A stretch of DNA of 64,000 nt. Origin: Candidatus Elarobacter sp. Lineage in GTDB: Bacteria > Vulcanimicrobiota > Vulcanimicrobiia > Vulcanimicrobiales > Vulcanimicrobiaceae. Shown here piece by piece: positions 28,105 through 38,400 of the stretch; position 1 is the stretch's first letter, and each line of letters opens with the position of its first letter. A program made the translations under genes and the position numbers. Location of the stretch: the NCBI GenBank assembly GCA_036264835.1, contig DATAQE010000142.1, positions 312 to 64,311 of the forward strand, in the 5' to 3' direction. The notes beneath the pieces are model-generated. The model was not told the DNA's origin. It did not search any database and saw only the letters and a list, made by a program, of their open reading frames with translations.

Positions 28105-29063
28105 GGGACGACGGTCGTGACGGTCCGCGCGCCGCGGTCGTCGCGGAGCACGATCGACCCGGTCGGGTTTGCGAAGCCGTAGACGGGGACGTTCAGCTCC
28201 GGCCCCGTCGAGGCGACCGTTGGGGAGCCCTCGCTCGGCCCGAACCCGATTCCGCCGCCGGTGCGGTGCGCGGCGATCGTCCGGCCCAGGCAGTCGAACG
28301 CGCCGAGCTGCGCCGAGCCGCGCGGCGGGACCGTCAGCGGCGCCGAGGTCGAGGCGAGTTGGATCTCGTTGATCCCGTATGGCACCGCGACGACGTCGGC
28401 CGGCCAGCTCCACGTGAAGAAGAGCAGCCAGCCGCGCGAGGCGGCGGTCGTGAGGACGGGCGTCAGCGTCGCGTTTCCGGTCTTGCCGCCGCTCTGGAAC
28501 CCGCCGTCGAAGCTCACGTTCCACCAGCGCGTCGCGAAGGCGACGATCGGCGTCGGCTTCGTCCCGAGATACGTCAGCGTGAAGCTGTACGGCGCGAGAC
28601 CGTAGAGCGGGATCGCGGGCGCGGCGAGGTCGGTCGGGTAGAGCGAGGAGTCACGGCAGAAGTTGAGCGCGGGCGCCATGCCGTTCGACCCGGGCGTGAA
28701 CGCGAGCCCGCCGCGCGCGACGCTGCGCGTCCCGTTGGGGCTCCCCCAGCGCCAGACGGAGCAGTCGGTCGCGTACGTCCCGTCGCCGCACGACACCATT
28801 GACGGCAGGACCAGCGTCCCCCAGTCACCGTCGTCGGTGTCGTTGTCGCCGTCGCCGCTCCAGCCTTGCGGCGCGCGGGCCCCGGCCGGTGCGACGTTCG
28901 CGAGGATCGCCCGCGCGGCCGTCGAGTCCTGCGGGTAGAGCCCGCCGGACTGCGGCTGCTTCGGCGGCGGAAAGGGCGGCGCGCTCGTCCCGGGCGACCC
29001 GCCGGAACACCCGGCGACGAGGAGCAGCGCGAAAGCCAGCGCGGTCGAACGGGCGAGCGTCAT
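28101..29063 (-). CDS. Hypothetical lipoprotein
   Basis: Lipobox VAGC; acidic DGDNDTDDGD motif (possible Ca-binding); Cys pairs. Confidence 0.7.
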   Translation of the reverse strand: MTLARSTALAFALLLVAGCSGGSPGTSAPPFPPPKQPQSGGLYPQDSTAARAILANVAPAGARAPQGWSGDGDNDTDDGDWGTLVLPSMVSCGDGTYATDCSVWRWGSPNGTRSVARGGLAFTPGSNGMAPALNFCRDSSLYPTDLAAPAIPLYGLAPYSFTLTYLGTKPTPIVAFATRWWNVSFDGGFQSGGKTGNATLTPVLTTAASRGWLLFFTWSWPADVVAVPYGINEIQLASTSAPLTVPPRGSAQLGAFDCLGRTIAAHRTGGGIGFGPSEGSPTVASTGPELNVPVYGFANPTGSIVLRDDRGARTVTTVVP

Positions 29064-29164
29064 GCGTGAGGAACCCTCCGGCGGACGAGTCACACCCCAC
29101 GGAGGTTCTTCGGCGAGCGCCGGCCCGCGCCGCTGCGGCGGGCGGTCAAGTTTCCGTTAACGCG

Positions 29165-30415
29165 TTAACGGACGATCGAGTCGGCGACCAGCGTCGCGTA
29201 GATCTTCGAGAGCTTCTCGGCGTCGGAGACGAGCATCGTCTGGAAGTGGTTCTGGATCTGGTCGCGGGTGAACGTCGTCACCGCCGCGCCGACGTTGAGG
29301 TCGCGGATCGCGCTCTCGGCGGCCTGCGTGTTGACGCTCGCGACGTTCCCGTCGTTCGCGGCCTCTTGGAGCGAGACGGTCTGCGCGCCGACCGACGCGC
29401 GCACGGCGCCCAGGGAAGAGATCGCGTAGTCGAGCCGGTACTCGGCGGCCTCGTTCTGCAGGTCGTTGCCGAGGATCACCTCGTTCACCCCGAGGTTCGT
29501 CGAGCTGAGCCCCGGGATGTCGACCGAGAGGATGTCGCCTTCGGCATCGCCGGTGTTCACCTGCAGCGCGCCGCCGTTCGCCTTCGTCTGTGCCGGGAGC
29601 GAGACGATCAGCGCGTTCTTCCCGACGTCGTTCGGCGAGAGGGCGCCCATGTTGAACGCGAGCACCTGCGGCCCCCAGCCGTTCTGCGAGTTCTGCAGGA
29701 ACGTGGGCTGGCCGGGCGCCGGCGGCATCAGCCCGGTCGGCGTGTTCGAGCCGTTCGGGACGTCGAGCGAGACGGTCTGATCCGGGCCGAACGAGGTCTC
29801 CTGGCTCCCGATCGTCACCGTGATGCTCACGTTGTCGCTGACCGGATCGTACGAGTCGACGGTGAGCAGGTTCGCGAACTGCGGCCCGCTGGCGGGGGTG
29901 TACGGCGCGTTCGGGTCGATCGTCGTGTCGATCAGCGAGCCGCCCCCGGCGAGATCGGCGTTGAAGATCAGCAGCCGCGAGGACTCGGCCGGGATGCTCG
30001 AGGCGCTGCCGTCGAGCAGCGCGCGGCCGTTGAACGAGGTCGTCGCCGCGATGTGGTCGATCTCGAGCCGCAGCTGGTCGAGCTCGGACTGCAGGTTCGC
30101 GCGGTCGTCGGTGCTCAGCAGGTCGCTGCGGCCTTGGATGACGAGCGCGCGCATGCGCTGGAGCAGCGCGGCGATCGAGGTCATCGCGCCTTCGGCGACC
30201 GAGAGCGCGTTGCCGGCGTTCTGGATCTCGTGGACGCCCTGGTCCATCCCTTGGACGCGCGTGGCGAGCGACTGCGAGATCGCGAGCCCGCTCGGGTCGT
30301 CCGCCGCCGAGTTGACGCGCAAACCCGACGCGAGCCGAGCGGTGTCGGTCGCGAGATCACGCTGCGTCTTCAAGTTCGCGCTCAGCGCGAGCCCGCTCAG
30401 ACTCAGAACGTCCAT
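29165..30415 (-). CDS. fliC: Flagellin
   Basis: RLASGLRVNSAADDPSGLAIS, AEGAM..LQRMRAL, TTSFNGRALLDGS, RASVGA, AESAIRD. Confidence 0.9.
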   Translation of the reverse strand: MDVLSLSGLALSANLKTQRDLATDTARLASGLRVNSAADDPSGLAISQSLATRVQGMDQGVHEIQNAGNALSVAEGAMTSIAALLQRMRALVIQGRSDLLSTDDRANLQSELDQLRLEIDHIAATTSFNGRALLDGSASSIPAESSRLLIFNADLAGGGSLIDTTIDPNAPYTPASGPQFANLLTVDSYDPVSDNVSITVTIGSQETSFGPDQTVSLDVPNGSNTPTGLMPPAPGQPTFLQNSQNGWGPQVLAFNMGALSPNDVGKNALIVSLPAQTKANGGALQVNTGDAEGDILSVDIPGLSSTNLGVNEVILGNDLQNEAAEYRLDYAISSLGAVRASVGAQTVSLQEAANDGNVASVNTQAAESAIRDLNVGAAVTTFTRDQIQNHFQTMLVSDAEKLSKIYATLVADSIVR

Positions 30416-30488
30416 GCTGGTGGTGCCGTCTTCCCTCCATGGAAGGTGCCCGTCCGTGGGCGCGGGTCTACTGCGACCCCTGATGACG

Positions 30489-30516
30489 CTATCGGCACCG
30501 AGGCGTCGCCGGCTTA
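30489..30516 (-). promoter_or_regulatory. Sigma28 (FliA/SigD) promoter of flagellin
   Basis: Minus strand TAAG-N16-GCCGATAG versus consensus TAAA-N15/16-GCCGATAA. Confidence 0.75.
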
Positions 30517-30553
30517 ACGATTCGCCGCCTTTACGGGAACTGAACGGGCGCGC

Positions 30554-30581
30554 TACAGGGCCGCCCCGGCGCGACCGATGG
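30554..30581 (+). promoter_or_regulatory. Putative sigma28-like promoter of usher-like gene
   Basis: TACA-N16-ACCGATGG ending 8 nt before GTG 30589. Confidence 0.4.
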
Positions 30582-30588
30582 TACGGGT

Positions 30589-33500
30589 GTGCGTCCCGTT
30601 GTGCGCCGCGTGATCGCGGCCGCGGGCGCCGCATCTCTGACCGCCTCGGCGTTCTGCCTCGCGTCGGATACGGCGCTCCGCGCGGCTCCGCTTCTCGCGG
30701 TCCGGCTTCACCTTCCGTTCACCGCGCCGCGGCTCGCGCTCGACTCGCCGCCGGCCTCGCCCTCGCCCGCGCCGGTCGCGGTCGCGGCGCCCGGCCCGTT
30801 GCCGGCCTCGCCGCGCCCCCGCCGCCGCTCGTGGCTCGGGCAGGGCCCGATCGTGCTCAAGGGCGACGGGACGTACCAGATCGCGCTGAACCGCGCGAAC
30901 CGCAACGGGCTCAGCGACGCGTCCGACAACTACTCGACCGCGCTCTCGCTGGTCGCCGAGCGCCGCACCGAGCAGAGCGCGCTCTCGTTCTCGAGCGCGT
31001 TCGGCTACGGCGCGGGCAGCTTCAACGCCGGCTCGCTGATCGTCGGCTACCGCACCCCGCGCTACGGGCTGACCTACGGCCAGGTGACCGGGCCCAGTGA
31101 GAGCCAGCTCCAGATCGGCGGCTTCGCGCGCGGCGTCAACCTCTCGGTCCCGGTCCGCGCCGGCGATCTCTCGCTGGTCGCCGCCACGACGCAGCAGACG
31201 AACCAGGAGACCTACCGCGTCTACGGCGCGCGGCGCAGCTGGAACGGCCTGGGCGGCTTCCTCTCCCTGGCGCAGTACTACTCGGCCTCCGAGAGCGGGC
31301 CCGGCCACCAAGCGATCACGGATTTCGGCTACCGGCGCTACGGCGCGAAGCTCTCGACCGACACCGAGCTCGCGATCTCGTCGAACCACGCGGTCGCCGG
31401 CGTGAGCGACGGCGCGCAGCTGGCCGGCGCGTTCCACGCCGACCTGCAAGGGAAGACGACGTTCGCGACGCTCGGCTTACAATACGATCCGCGCGGCTTC
31501 CAGACGCTGAACGGGAACCTGCAGGGCGGGCTCAACGGCGACCTCACGCTGCGCCGGCACTCCGAACGCTTCGGCGAGGCGGACCTCGACCTCGGCCACG
31601 CCGACGCCCGGATGGACGACGGCTCGCTGCAGCACGACAACCGCCTCACGCTCTCCGGCGGGCGGAGCTGGAACGCGTTCGGGTTCCAGTACGTCGCCGG
31701 GCTCGACGGCCTGCACGGCGCGGGGACGACCTCGCTCCAGCGGACCGGCGCGTTGACGCTCACGCAGTCGCTCAAAGGGATCGCGCTCTTCGAGACCTAT
31801 CAGACGACCTCGGTCTCGGGGAGCAGCGGCGACGCCGCGCAGCGGCAGCTCGCGGTCGGCGCGAGCCGGCAGCTGCTGGGCGGGATGGTCGCCTACCAGT
31901 TCGCGCACAGCAACTCCAGCGGCGGCCAGAGCAACGGCGACGGGCTCTCGCAGTCGCTCTCGTACCGCCGCACGATCGGGAAGAAGCTCGACGCGCAGCT
32001 GACCGAGACGGTGCAGCAGACCGCGAACAACGGGATCGCCTCGACGCTCGCCGACACCTCGCTCTCGCTGGTCCGGCGCCTCTCGCACGTCGTCGCGCTG
32101 CAGGTCACCGGCGACATGTTCCGCCAGTCGGGGCTCGGCGGCGGGACGGGGAGCGGCGTCCACGTCTCGCTGGTCGGGCCCTTCGGGTTCGGGCAGCCGG
32201 CGCAGACGACCGGGCGCGCGAACTAACGTCCCCGCGGTCATCCGCAGCGTCGTGACGTACTCGACCTCGGCGACGCCGTTCGCCTACAACGCGCCGACGC
32301 TGCGCGGCTACAACAACGCGCTGATCGTCCTCGACGGCCGGATCACGCAGCGCACCGACTCCTCCGGCGAGTTCGAGTTCCGCTTCGTCCCGCCGGGCGC
32401 GCACACGATCCGGATCGACGCCGCGACGATCCAGCCCGGGCTGATCAGCGACCGCGAGTACCAGACGGTGACCGTCCTGGGCGGGCAGACGACGACGATC
32501 CAGTTCAACGTGGGGAACTTCGCCGGGGTCGCCGGGACCGTCGTCGCGGCCGACGCGAACGGGAAGAAGCGCGGCCTGGGCGGGGTCGGGATCGCGATCG
32601 ACGGGATCCAGGCGGTGACCACGACACCCGACGGCCACTACGCGATCGGCCGGCTGAGCCCCGGCGCGCACACCGTGGAGATCGTCGAGTCCACGCTCCC
32701 GACCAGCGTCGCGTTCGTCGCCGACAAGAAGAAGACGGTCACGGTCACGCCGGGGACCTCGACGCCGCTGAACTTCGTCGCGACCCCGCTCGGCTCGATC
32801 GCCGGGAACGTCGTCGCGCCGTCCGACGGCGGCTTCGGCCAGCTCACCGGGCTCAAGAACGTCTACGTCGTCGCCGAGCCCGGCGAGCACGCGGTGATCA
32901 CCGACGACGACGGCTCCTTCTTGATGGACAACATGCCGCCGGGGACCTACACGCTCAGCGTCGACGCGGACACGATCCCCGACGGGCTCGGCGTCCTCTC
33001 CGGACCCGACGGCCCGGTCGCGCTCGAAGGTGGCGCGGCGCTCTCGGGGATCGTCTTCAAGCTCGGGGCGGCGGCGAAGAACGTCGTCTTCACCTTCAAC
33101 GACGGGAAGCGCCAGGCGATCCAGGTGACCACCGACCCGTCGGTGGTCCCGCCGGGCGGGCTGCTGCGGATCCAGGCCCGCAGCTCGGCGAAGGACGTCA
33201 AGGAGATGGTCGTCGAGAGCGACGTCTTCGGCGGCTTCCCGCTCCGGCTCGACCCGCGGCTCGGCGTGTGGACCGGGACCGTCGTCGTCCCCTCGCTGGT
33301 GAAGGGCGACTACGCGCTGAGCGTGAGCGCCCACCGCAAGGACGTCACCGACGCCTCGGCGCTGATCGCCGTCGACCCGCGGATCCCGCTCTTCGCCTAC
33401 CGCATCAGCCCGCGCGACGCCGAGCCCGGCCACACGATTCGCGTCACGCTCAAGAGCGTCGCGTCGGTCGAGGAAGGCGACGCGATCCTGTTCGAGGACG

Positions 33501-33634
33501 GCTATAAAGTGCTGCTCCCCAAGCCGACCGGACACGTCTTCGCGTTCGACATGCGGCTCTGGCACAAGGGGCTCCCGTACTCCGGTTCGATCCTTACCAA
33601 GCGAGGGCAGAGCTACCCGCTAAGTCTGCGTTAA
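30589..33634 (+). pseudogene. Usher-like outer-membrane beta-barrel protein with C-terminal Ig/prealbumin-like repeats; frameshift at about 32224
   Basis: ORF 30589-32226 has a signal peptide and amphipathic beta-strands. It continues in another frame (NVPAVIRSVVTYS.. to 33634) with repeated TD/TT.xG.F/Y...PG.HT/YT units. May be an assembly error. Confidence 0.65.
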
Positions 33635-33660
33635 GCGGGCAAGTTGGCCGCATCACACCC

Positions 33661-33688
33661 TAAGGACCAAAGTCCTAATTTCCGAAGA
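33661..33688 (+). promoter_or_regulatory. Putative sigma28-like promoter with embedded inverted repeat, upstream of major subunit
   Basis: TAAG-N16-TCCGAAGA; perfect AGGAC-CAAA-GTCCT at 33663-33676. Confidence 0.5.
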
Positions 33689-33750
33689 AGCAAGGGAGGG
33701 GCGTTCCGCCTCTTCTCTCAGCGTCCCTTACACATCGAAAGGATTCGAAC

Positions 33751-34524
33751 GTGAAAAGAGCAGTCGCTGCTCTCGTCATGCTGGGGATCGCGACCGCCTC
33801 GGCAGCGCCCAGCATGGCTGCCTCGACGGTCTACGGTTCCGCACAGCTCAAGTACACCGTCAATGCGACGGCGTCGATCTCGATCGCCGTGAACTACGAC
33901 GCGAACGGCGCGATCCAGCCGGCCGTCGCCTCGTCGATCCTCCCTTCGACCGCCGGCTCGTGCGCGAACGGCGTCGCGGAAGCGTCCAACGCGACGCTGA
34001 CCTTCGGCGGCATCACGCCCCCGACAGCCGCCGGCAGCTACACGACCTGCTACTACAAGAACGCGCTCTCCGTCGGCGTCAACTCGAACGACTCGGCCGG
34101 CGTGAACGTCGTGGAGTACGTCGACCAGATCCAGACCGGTACGGCGATCTGCGCGTACCGCCTCGACCTCACGCCGAAGGTGAAGCCCACCCAGTCCAGC
34201 GCGACGGCGATCACGGGGCAGAACACCTGCGCCGCGCCGACCGGCGGTGCGGCCGGGACGGCGCTCAGCGCGCTCGGCGCGGTGACGGCCGGCGCAGGCT
34301 ACGGTGCCCAGGGCAACCCCGGCGCGCCCGCGACGGTCGTCGTGGCCGGCACGCCGACGTCGACCGCGTACACCGCGGGCGGCTTCTCGATCTACAGCGT
34401 GGCGGGTTCGCCGCCGCCGGTCGGCTGGAACTTCATGGGTCAGGACGTGAGCCTGAGCGTGAGCCCGGCCGCGTCGTCCGGCGCGCAGACCAGCGTGATC
34501 ACGGTCGCGCTGATCCCGAGCTGA
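33751..34524 (+). CDS. Putative major fimbrial subunit (SCPU/WxL-like fold)
   Basis: GAAAGGA RBS, signal peptide, N-terminal YGSAQLKYTV, LTFGG, VNSNDSAG, 4 Cys, C-terminal SVITVALIPS. Confidence 0.65.
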   Translation: MKRAVAALVMLGIATASAAPSMAASTVYGSAQLKYTVNATASISIAVNYDANGAIQPAVASSILPSTAGSCANGVAEASNATLTFGGITPPTAAGSYTTCYYKNALSVGVNSNDSAGVNVVEYVDQIQTGTAICAYRLDLTPKVKPTQSSATAITGQNTCAAPTGGAAGTALSALGAVTAGAGYGAQGNPGAPATVVVAGTPTSTAYTAGGFSIYSVAGSPPPVGWNFMGQDVSLSVSPAASSGAQTSVITVALIPS

Positions 34525-34539
34525 TCGCGTAGCACTGCC

Positions 34540-34567
34540 TCAACCCGCCGTACGGAAACGCCGAGAA
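34540..34567 (+). promoter_or_regulatory. Putative sigma28-like promoter of chaperone gene
   Basis: TCAA-N16-GCCGAGAA ending 9 nt before ATG 34576. Confidence 0.45.
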
Positions 34568-34575
34568 TACAAGGG

Positions 34576-35361
34576 ATGCGTCCCTCCCGAATTCTCACCG
34601 TCGTCGCGGTCGCCGGAGCCCTCGGGCTCGCGCTGACCGTCCCGTCCTCGGCGGACATCTCGGTCGACGTCTCCCCCGCGAAGTACGAGCTGCAGACGCA
34701 GCCCGGCAAGCAGGAGACGTTCCCGATCACGGTTCGGAATACGAGCGGCGCCGCGGTGCACATCGTGGCGTCGCTCTCGGACTACGTGGTCGGGCCGAGC
34801 GGCAACTACGCCTTCGCAGCGCCCGGCAAGACGCCGTATTCGCTCGCGAAGGACGTCACGATCAACCCGCGCGAGTTCGACCTCGAGCCGGGAGCGTTCA
34901 CCCAGGTGCGCTTCTCGGTCGACGTCCCGTCGAGCGCGAGCGGTGAGTACAGCAACCTCGTGTTCTTCACGACGCGTCCGACCCGCCACGGCGGCGGACT
35001 CTCGATCGTGGAGCGGATCGCGTCGAAGATCTACGTGATGATCCCGGAGACGACGCGCATCGGCGGCGAGATCAACGACGTGAAGACGCAGTCGCTCGGC
35101 GACGGTCAGCACTACTTGGTCGACTTCCGCAACACCGGGAACGCGCACGTCTACCTCAGCGGGCGCGTCGAGATCAAGCAGGGCGGAACGGTCGTCGACC
35201 GCGTCGCCTTCCCGCAAGGGATGCTGGTCGAGCGCTCGGGGAAACGGCTGATCGACGCCGTCGGTAAGAAGCTCGCACCCGGCTCGTACTCCGTCGTCGC
35301 GATGGTCGACTACGGCGGCCCGAACCTCGTGGCGGGTCAAGCGAACATCACCGTGCGCTGA
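34576..35361 (+). CDS. Putative fimbrial chaperone (PapD-like / DUF916-like, two Ig domains)
   Basis: Signal peptide, VDVSPAKYEL, ITVRNTS, INPREFDLEPG..QVRF, second domain FRNTGNAHV. Confidence 0.75.
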   Translation: MRPSRILTVVAVAGALGLALTVPSSADISVDVSPAKYELQTQPGKQETFPITVRNTSGAAVHIVASLSDYVVGPSGNYAFAAPGKTPYSLAKDVTINPREFDLEPGAFTQVRFSVDVPSSASGEYSNLVFFTTRPTRHGGGLSIVERIASKIYVMIPETTRIGGEINDVKTQSLGDGQHYLVDFRNTGNAHVYLSGRVEIKQGGTVVDRVAFPQGMLVERSGKRLIDAVGKKLAPGSYSVVAMVDYGGPNLVAGQANITVR

Positions 35362-35402
35362 CCGCGCACGCCGCACGCAACGGAACGGATTCCGGAGACC
35401 GC

Positions 35403-38400
35403 ATGTTTTCACTCTCGCGAACGCTGGCGTTTCTCGCCATCGTCGTCGTCGCCGTCCTCGGCGCCGGCGGGTTCGCCGCTCTCGCGCAGTCGACGTCGCA
35501 GTCGGCTGGGCGCACGACCGGCGGTCCTCGCACCACCACCACGGCCCCGACGCCGCCCCCGCTCCCGTACGGCGACCAGTCGCGCACGGCGCAGGGCGCG
35601 AAGCGCTCGCTGAGCACCGACGCCGGGAACGGCGATCTGCTCGCCGCGCTGGCGCGGCTCACCGCCGGGACGAGCTCGTCCTCGCCGATGCTGCGCTATC
35701 TCGGGCCGCGGCCTCCGATCCCGAAGCTCACCGATCTGCTGCACCACAGGGCGCGCTGGAAGATGTCGGCGAGCGGCGGGAGCATCGTGCTCACCGGCAC
35801 GTCGAACCAGCCGTATCTCGACGACCAGACGGTCTCGTACGGCAGCATGGTCTTCTGGCTCTGCCAGAACCTCACGCCGAACACGTTGTACCGCTACGTG
35901 CTGTTCTCGCCCGACGGCTACGGTTACATCCCGCAGCCGAAGACGTACGTCACCAGCGCTCAGTACCCGACCGCGAACACGACGAACTTCACGACCGACG
36001 CGACGGGTCGCTGCGACCACACCGGCGGCGGCACGCTGTACCCGTTCTGGGCGCAGGTCTACCTGCAGACGCCGCTCCAGGGCTCGGTCAGCTCGGGCGG
36101 CACGACCAGCGATCCGACCGGGACGTTCAACGGCGTCGCGAACCCGCGCAGCGGGACCGACTCGCCGTACTCGGGCGTGTGGGCGATCGCGGCGCAGAAC
36201 GCGACGACGAACGCGTTCGAGGCGGTCGCGTACACCGTCATGGTGGGTACGCTGAACTTCAACACGTACTCCGATGCGGGGTACTCGGCGAAGTCGGCCG
36301 ACTTCACGTCGGGCTCGACCGTCTACGTCTCCGCATCCGGGTTGAACCCCTCGCACTTCTATGCGTTCGGGTTCGTCAACACGTCGGGCAACGGTCTGCC
36401 GTGCGTCTACTCGTTTCCGACCGGCGCGCAGAACAGCTCGAACGCGACCTGCTTCCTCGCCGGCGCGACCGGGATCTTGCCGACGAACGGCACGCTCACC
36501 GGGCAGTTTCCGACGCCGGCGAGCGGGCCCAACGCGGCCGGGACGTACAGCGTCCAGCTCTTCGACGCGACGACGAACGACTTGATCTCGACGCAGCAGA
36601 TCTCGCTGAACCCCTCGAGCGTCGCCTGGAACGCGCTGCAGCCCTACAACGGCGCGTCGACCGGGACGAACCTGAACGACACCTTCGCGACGGACGGCTT
36701 GATCAACATCGCGTCGGGCGCGCCGTCCACCGACCAGTCGGTGCAGGGGCTGAGCTTCTCCGGCAGCGGGACGGTTAACGGTCACGTCTACAAGCTGACG
36801 ATCAGCAACGGCAACGGCGTCGTCCTGAGCGGGACGACCTCCGACACGGGGACGAACACCTACGGCGCCGCGCCGCAGTTCTTCAACGCGCCGGCGAGCT
36901 TCACCGCGACGGGGACGACGTGGGCGCAGAACAACGTCCCGTTCCCGCTGAACGCGACGAACTTCACCGCGTTCGGCGCGACCCAGACGCCGTTCGCGCC
37001 GAACGTCTACACGGCACAGCTCTACGACGTGACCGCCGCCTCCGTCGTCGGCTCGAAGTCGTTCCGCATCGTCTCGTACGCGGGCCAGTTCCAGTGGACG
37101 AGCCCCGCCGGCGGCTACGTCAACGCGCTCGCCGCGAGCGCGGCGACGCCCGTCACCGCGACGCTGACCAACACCGCCGGGACGCTGTTCGGCTCGTGGA
37201 ACGGCGACCCGGTCGTCGCGGTGAAGATCAGCGGCGACAGCGGCGGCGTCGTGACGATCAACCGCCAGGGCTGCCCGGGCGCGTGCGTCGCGACGACGAC
37301 CGACTCCAGCGGTCAGACCTGGAACATCGGCGCGGTCACGGGGAACACGATCACGCTCACGCCCGCGGTCGCGGGCCAGTCGCTGGCGCTCGGCGCGACG
37401 CTCCCGATCCCGATCACCGTCTCCGCGGCGACGAACGCGTGCACGACGGCCTGCATCCTGCGCACGCAGATCACGCCGCTGCACGGGATCGCGATGAGCC
37501 AGATCAACAACACGATGACGAACCTGGCGACGAACGGGCTCAACGTCCTCGGCAGCACGACGAGCGGCACCAACACGCAGCCGACGTACTCGATCGCGGT
37601 CGGGCGCTACAACGGCACCCAGCTGGGGACGAACCCGCCGCGCTACACGGAGATGATGTACGTCTCGGGGACGAACGGCGCGCCGAGCACCGGGACGTAC
37701 ACGATGACGCTCACGGTGAACAACACCGGCGGGCCGGCCGCGATCACCGCGATCGAGTTCGTGATGCCGCCGACCGTCGACCCCAACCGCCAGACGCCCG
37801 CCGTGACCTCCGCGATCGTGAACGGGACGGCGCAGACCTGGACCGTCCGCAACCAGAACGGCTCGAACGGCGCGGCCGCCGACGCGGCGCTCGGCCCGAA
37901 CGCGTTCGCGCTCGCGACGACGAGCGCCGGCATCCCGGTCGGGAAGAGCGCGACCTTCACGATCACCATCCCGATGCTGCTCGCCTCGTTCCCGTTCCAA
38001 GAGATCAACGCGATCGCGAACTACAAGGGGACGCCGTTCACCATCGGCGCGACGAACACGCTGACGAACGCGGTCGCCGGGACGAACAACATCGACTCGA
38101 CCGAGCTCGCCGTCTTCTCGCTGAACCCTTCGTTCATGAACGCGTCGATCACGCCGTCGGTCGTCCCCGCGCTGGCGGGGACCACGGCGACCTTCAAGCT
38201 GGTCAACACGTCGACCGGTCTCGACGCGAACCCGGACTACATCAGCCAGCTGCTGATCACCGTGCCGACCGGCGCGATCCCGAACTCGGTCACCGTCAGC
38301 TCGCCGAACCAGAGCGGCGTCACCTGGAACGCGAACGCGACCGGGACCGCCGGCCAGTGGCTGATCGACCTGTGCGCGGTCGGCACCGCGCCTTCGCCGC

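Noticed and set aside
29107-29134. Sigma28-like -10 (GCCGAAGA, minus strand) upstream of lipoprotein 29063
   Set aside because: No acceptable -35 element at 16-nt spacing.
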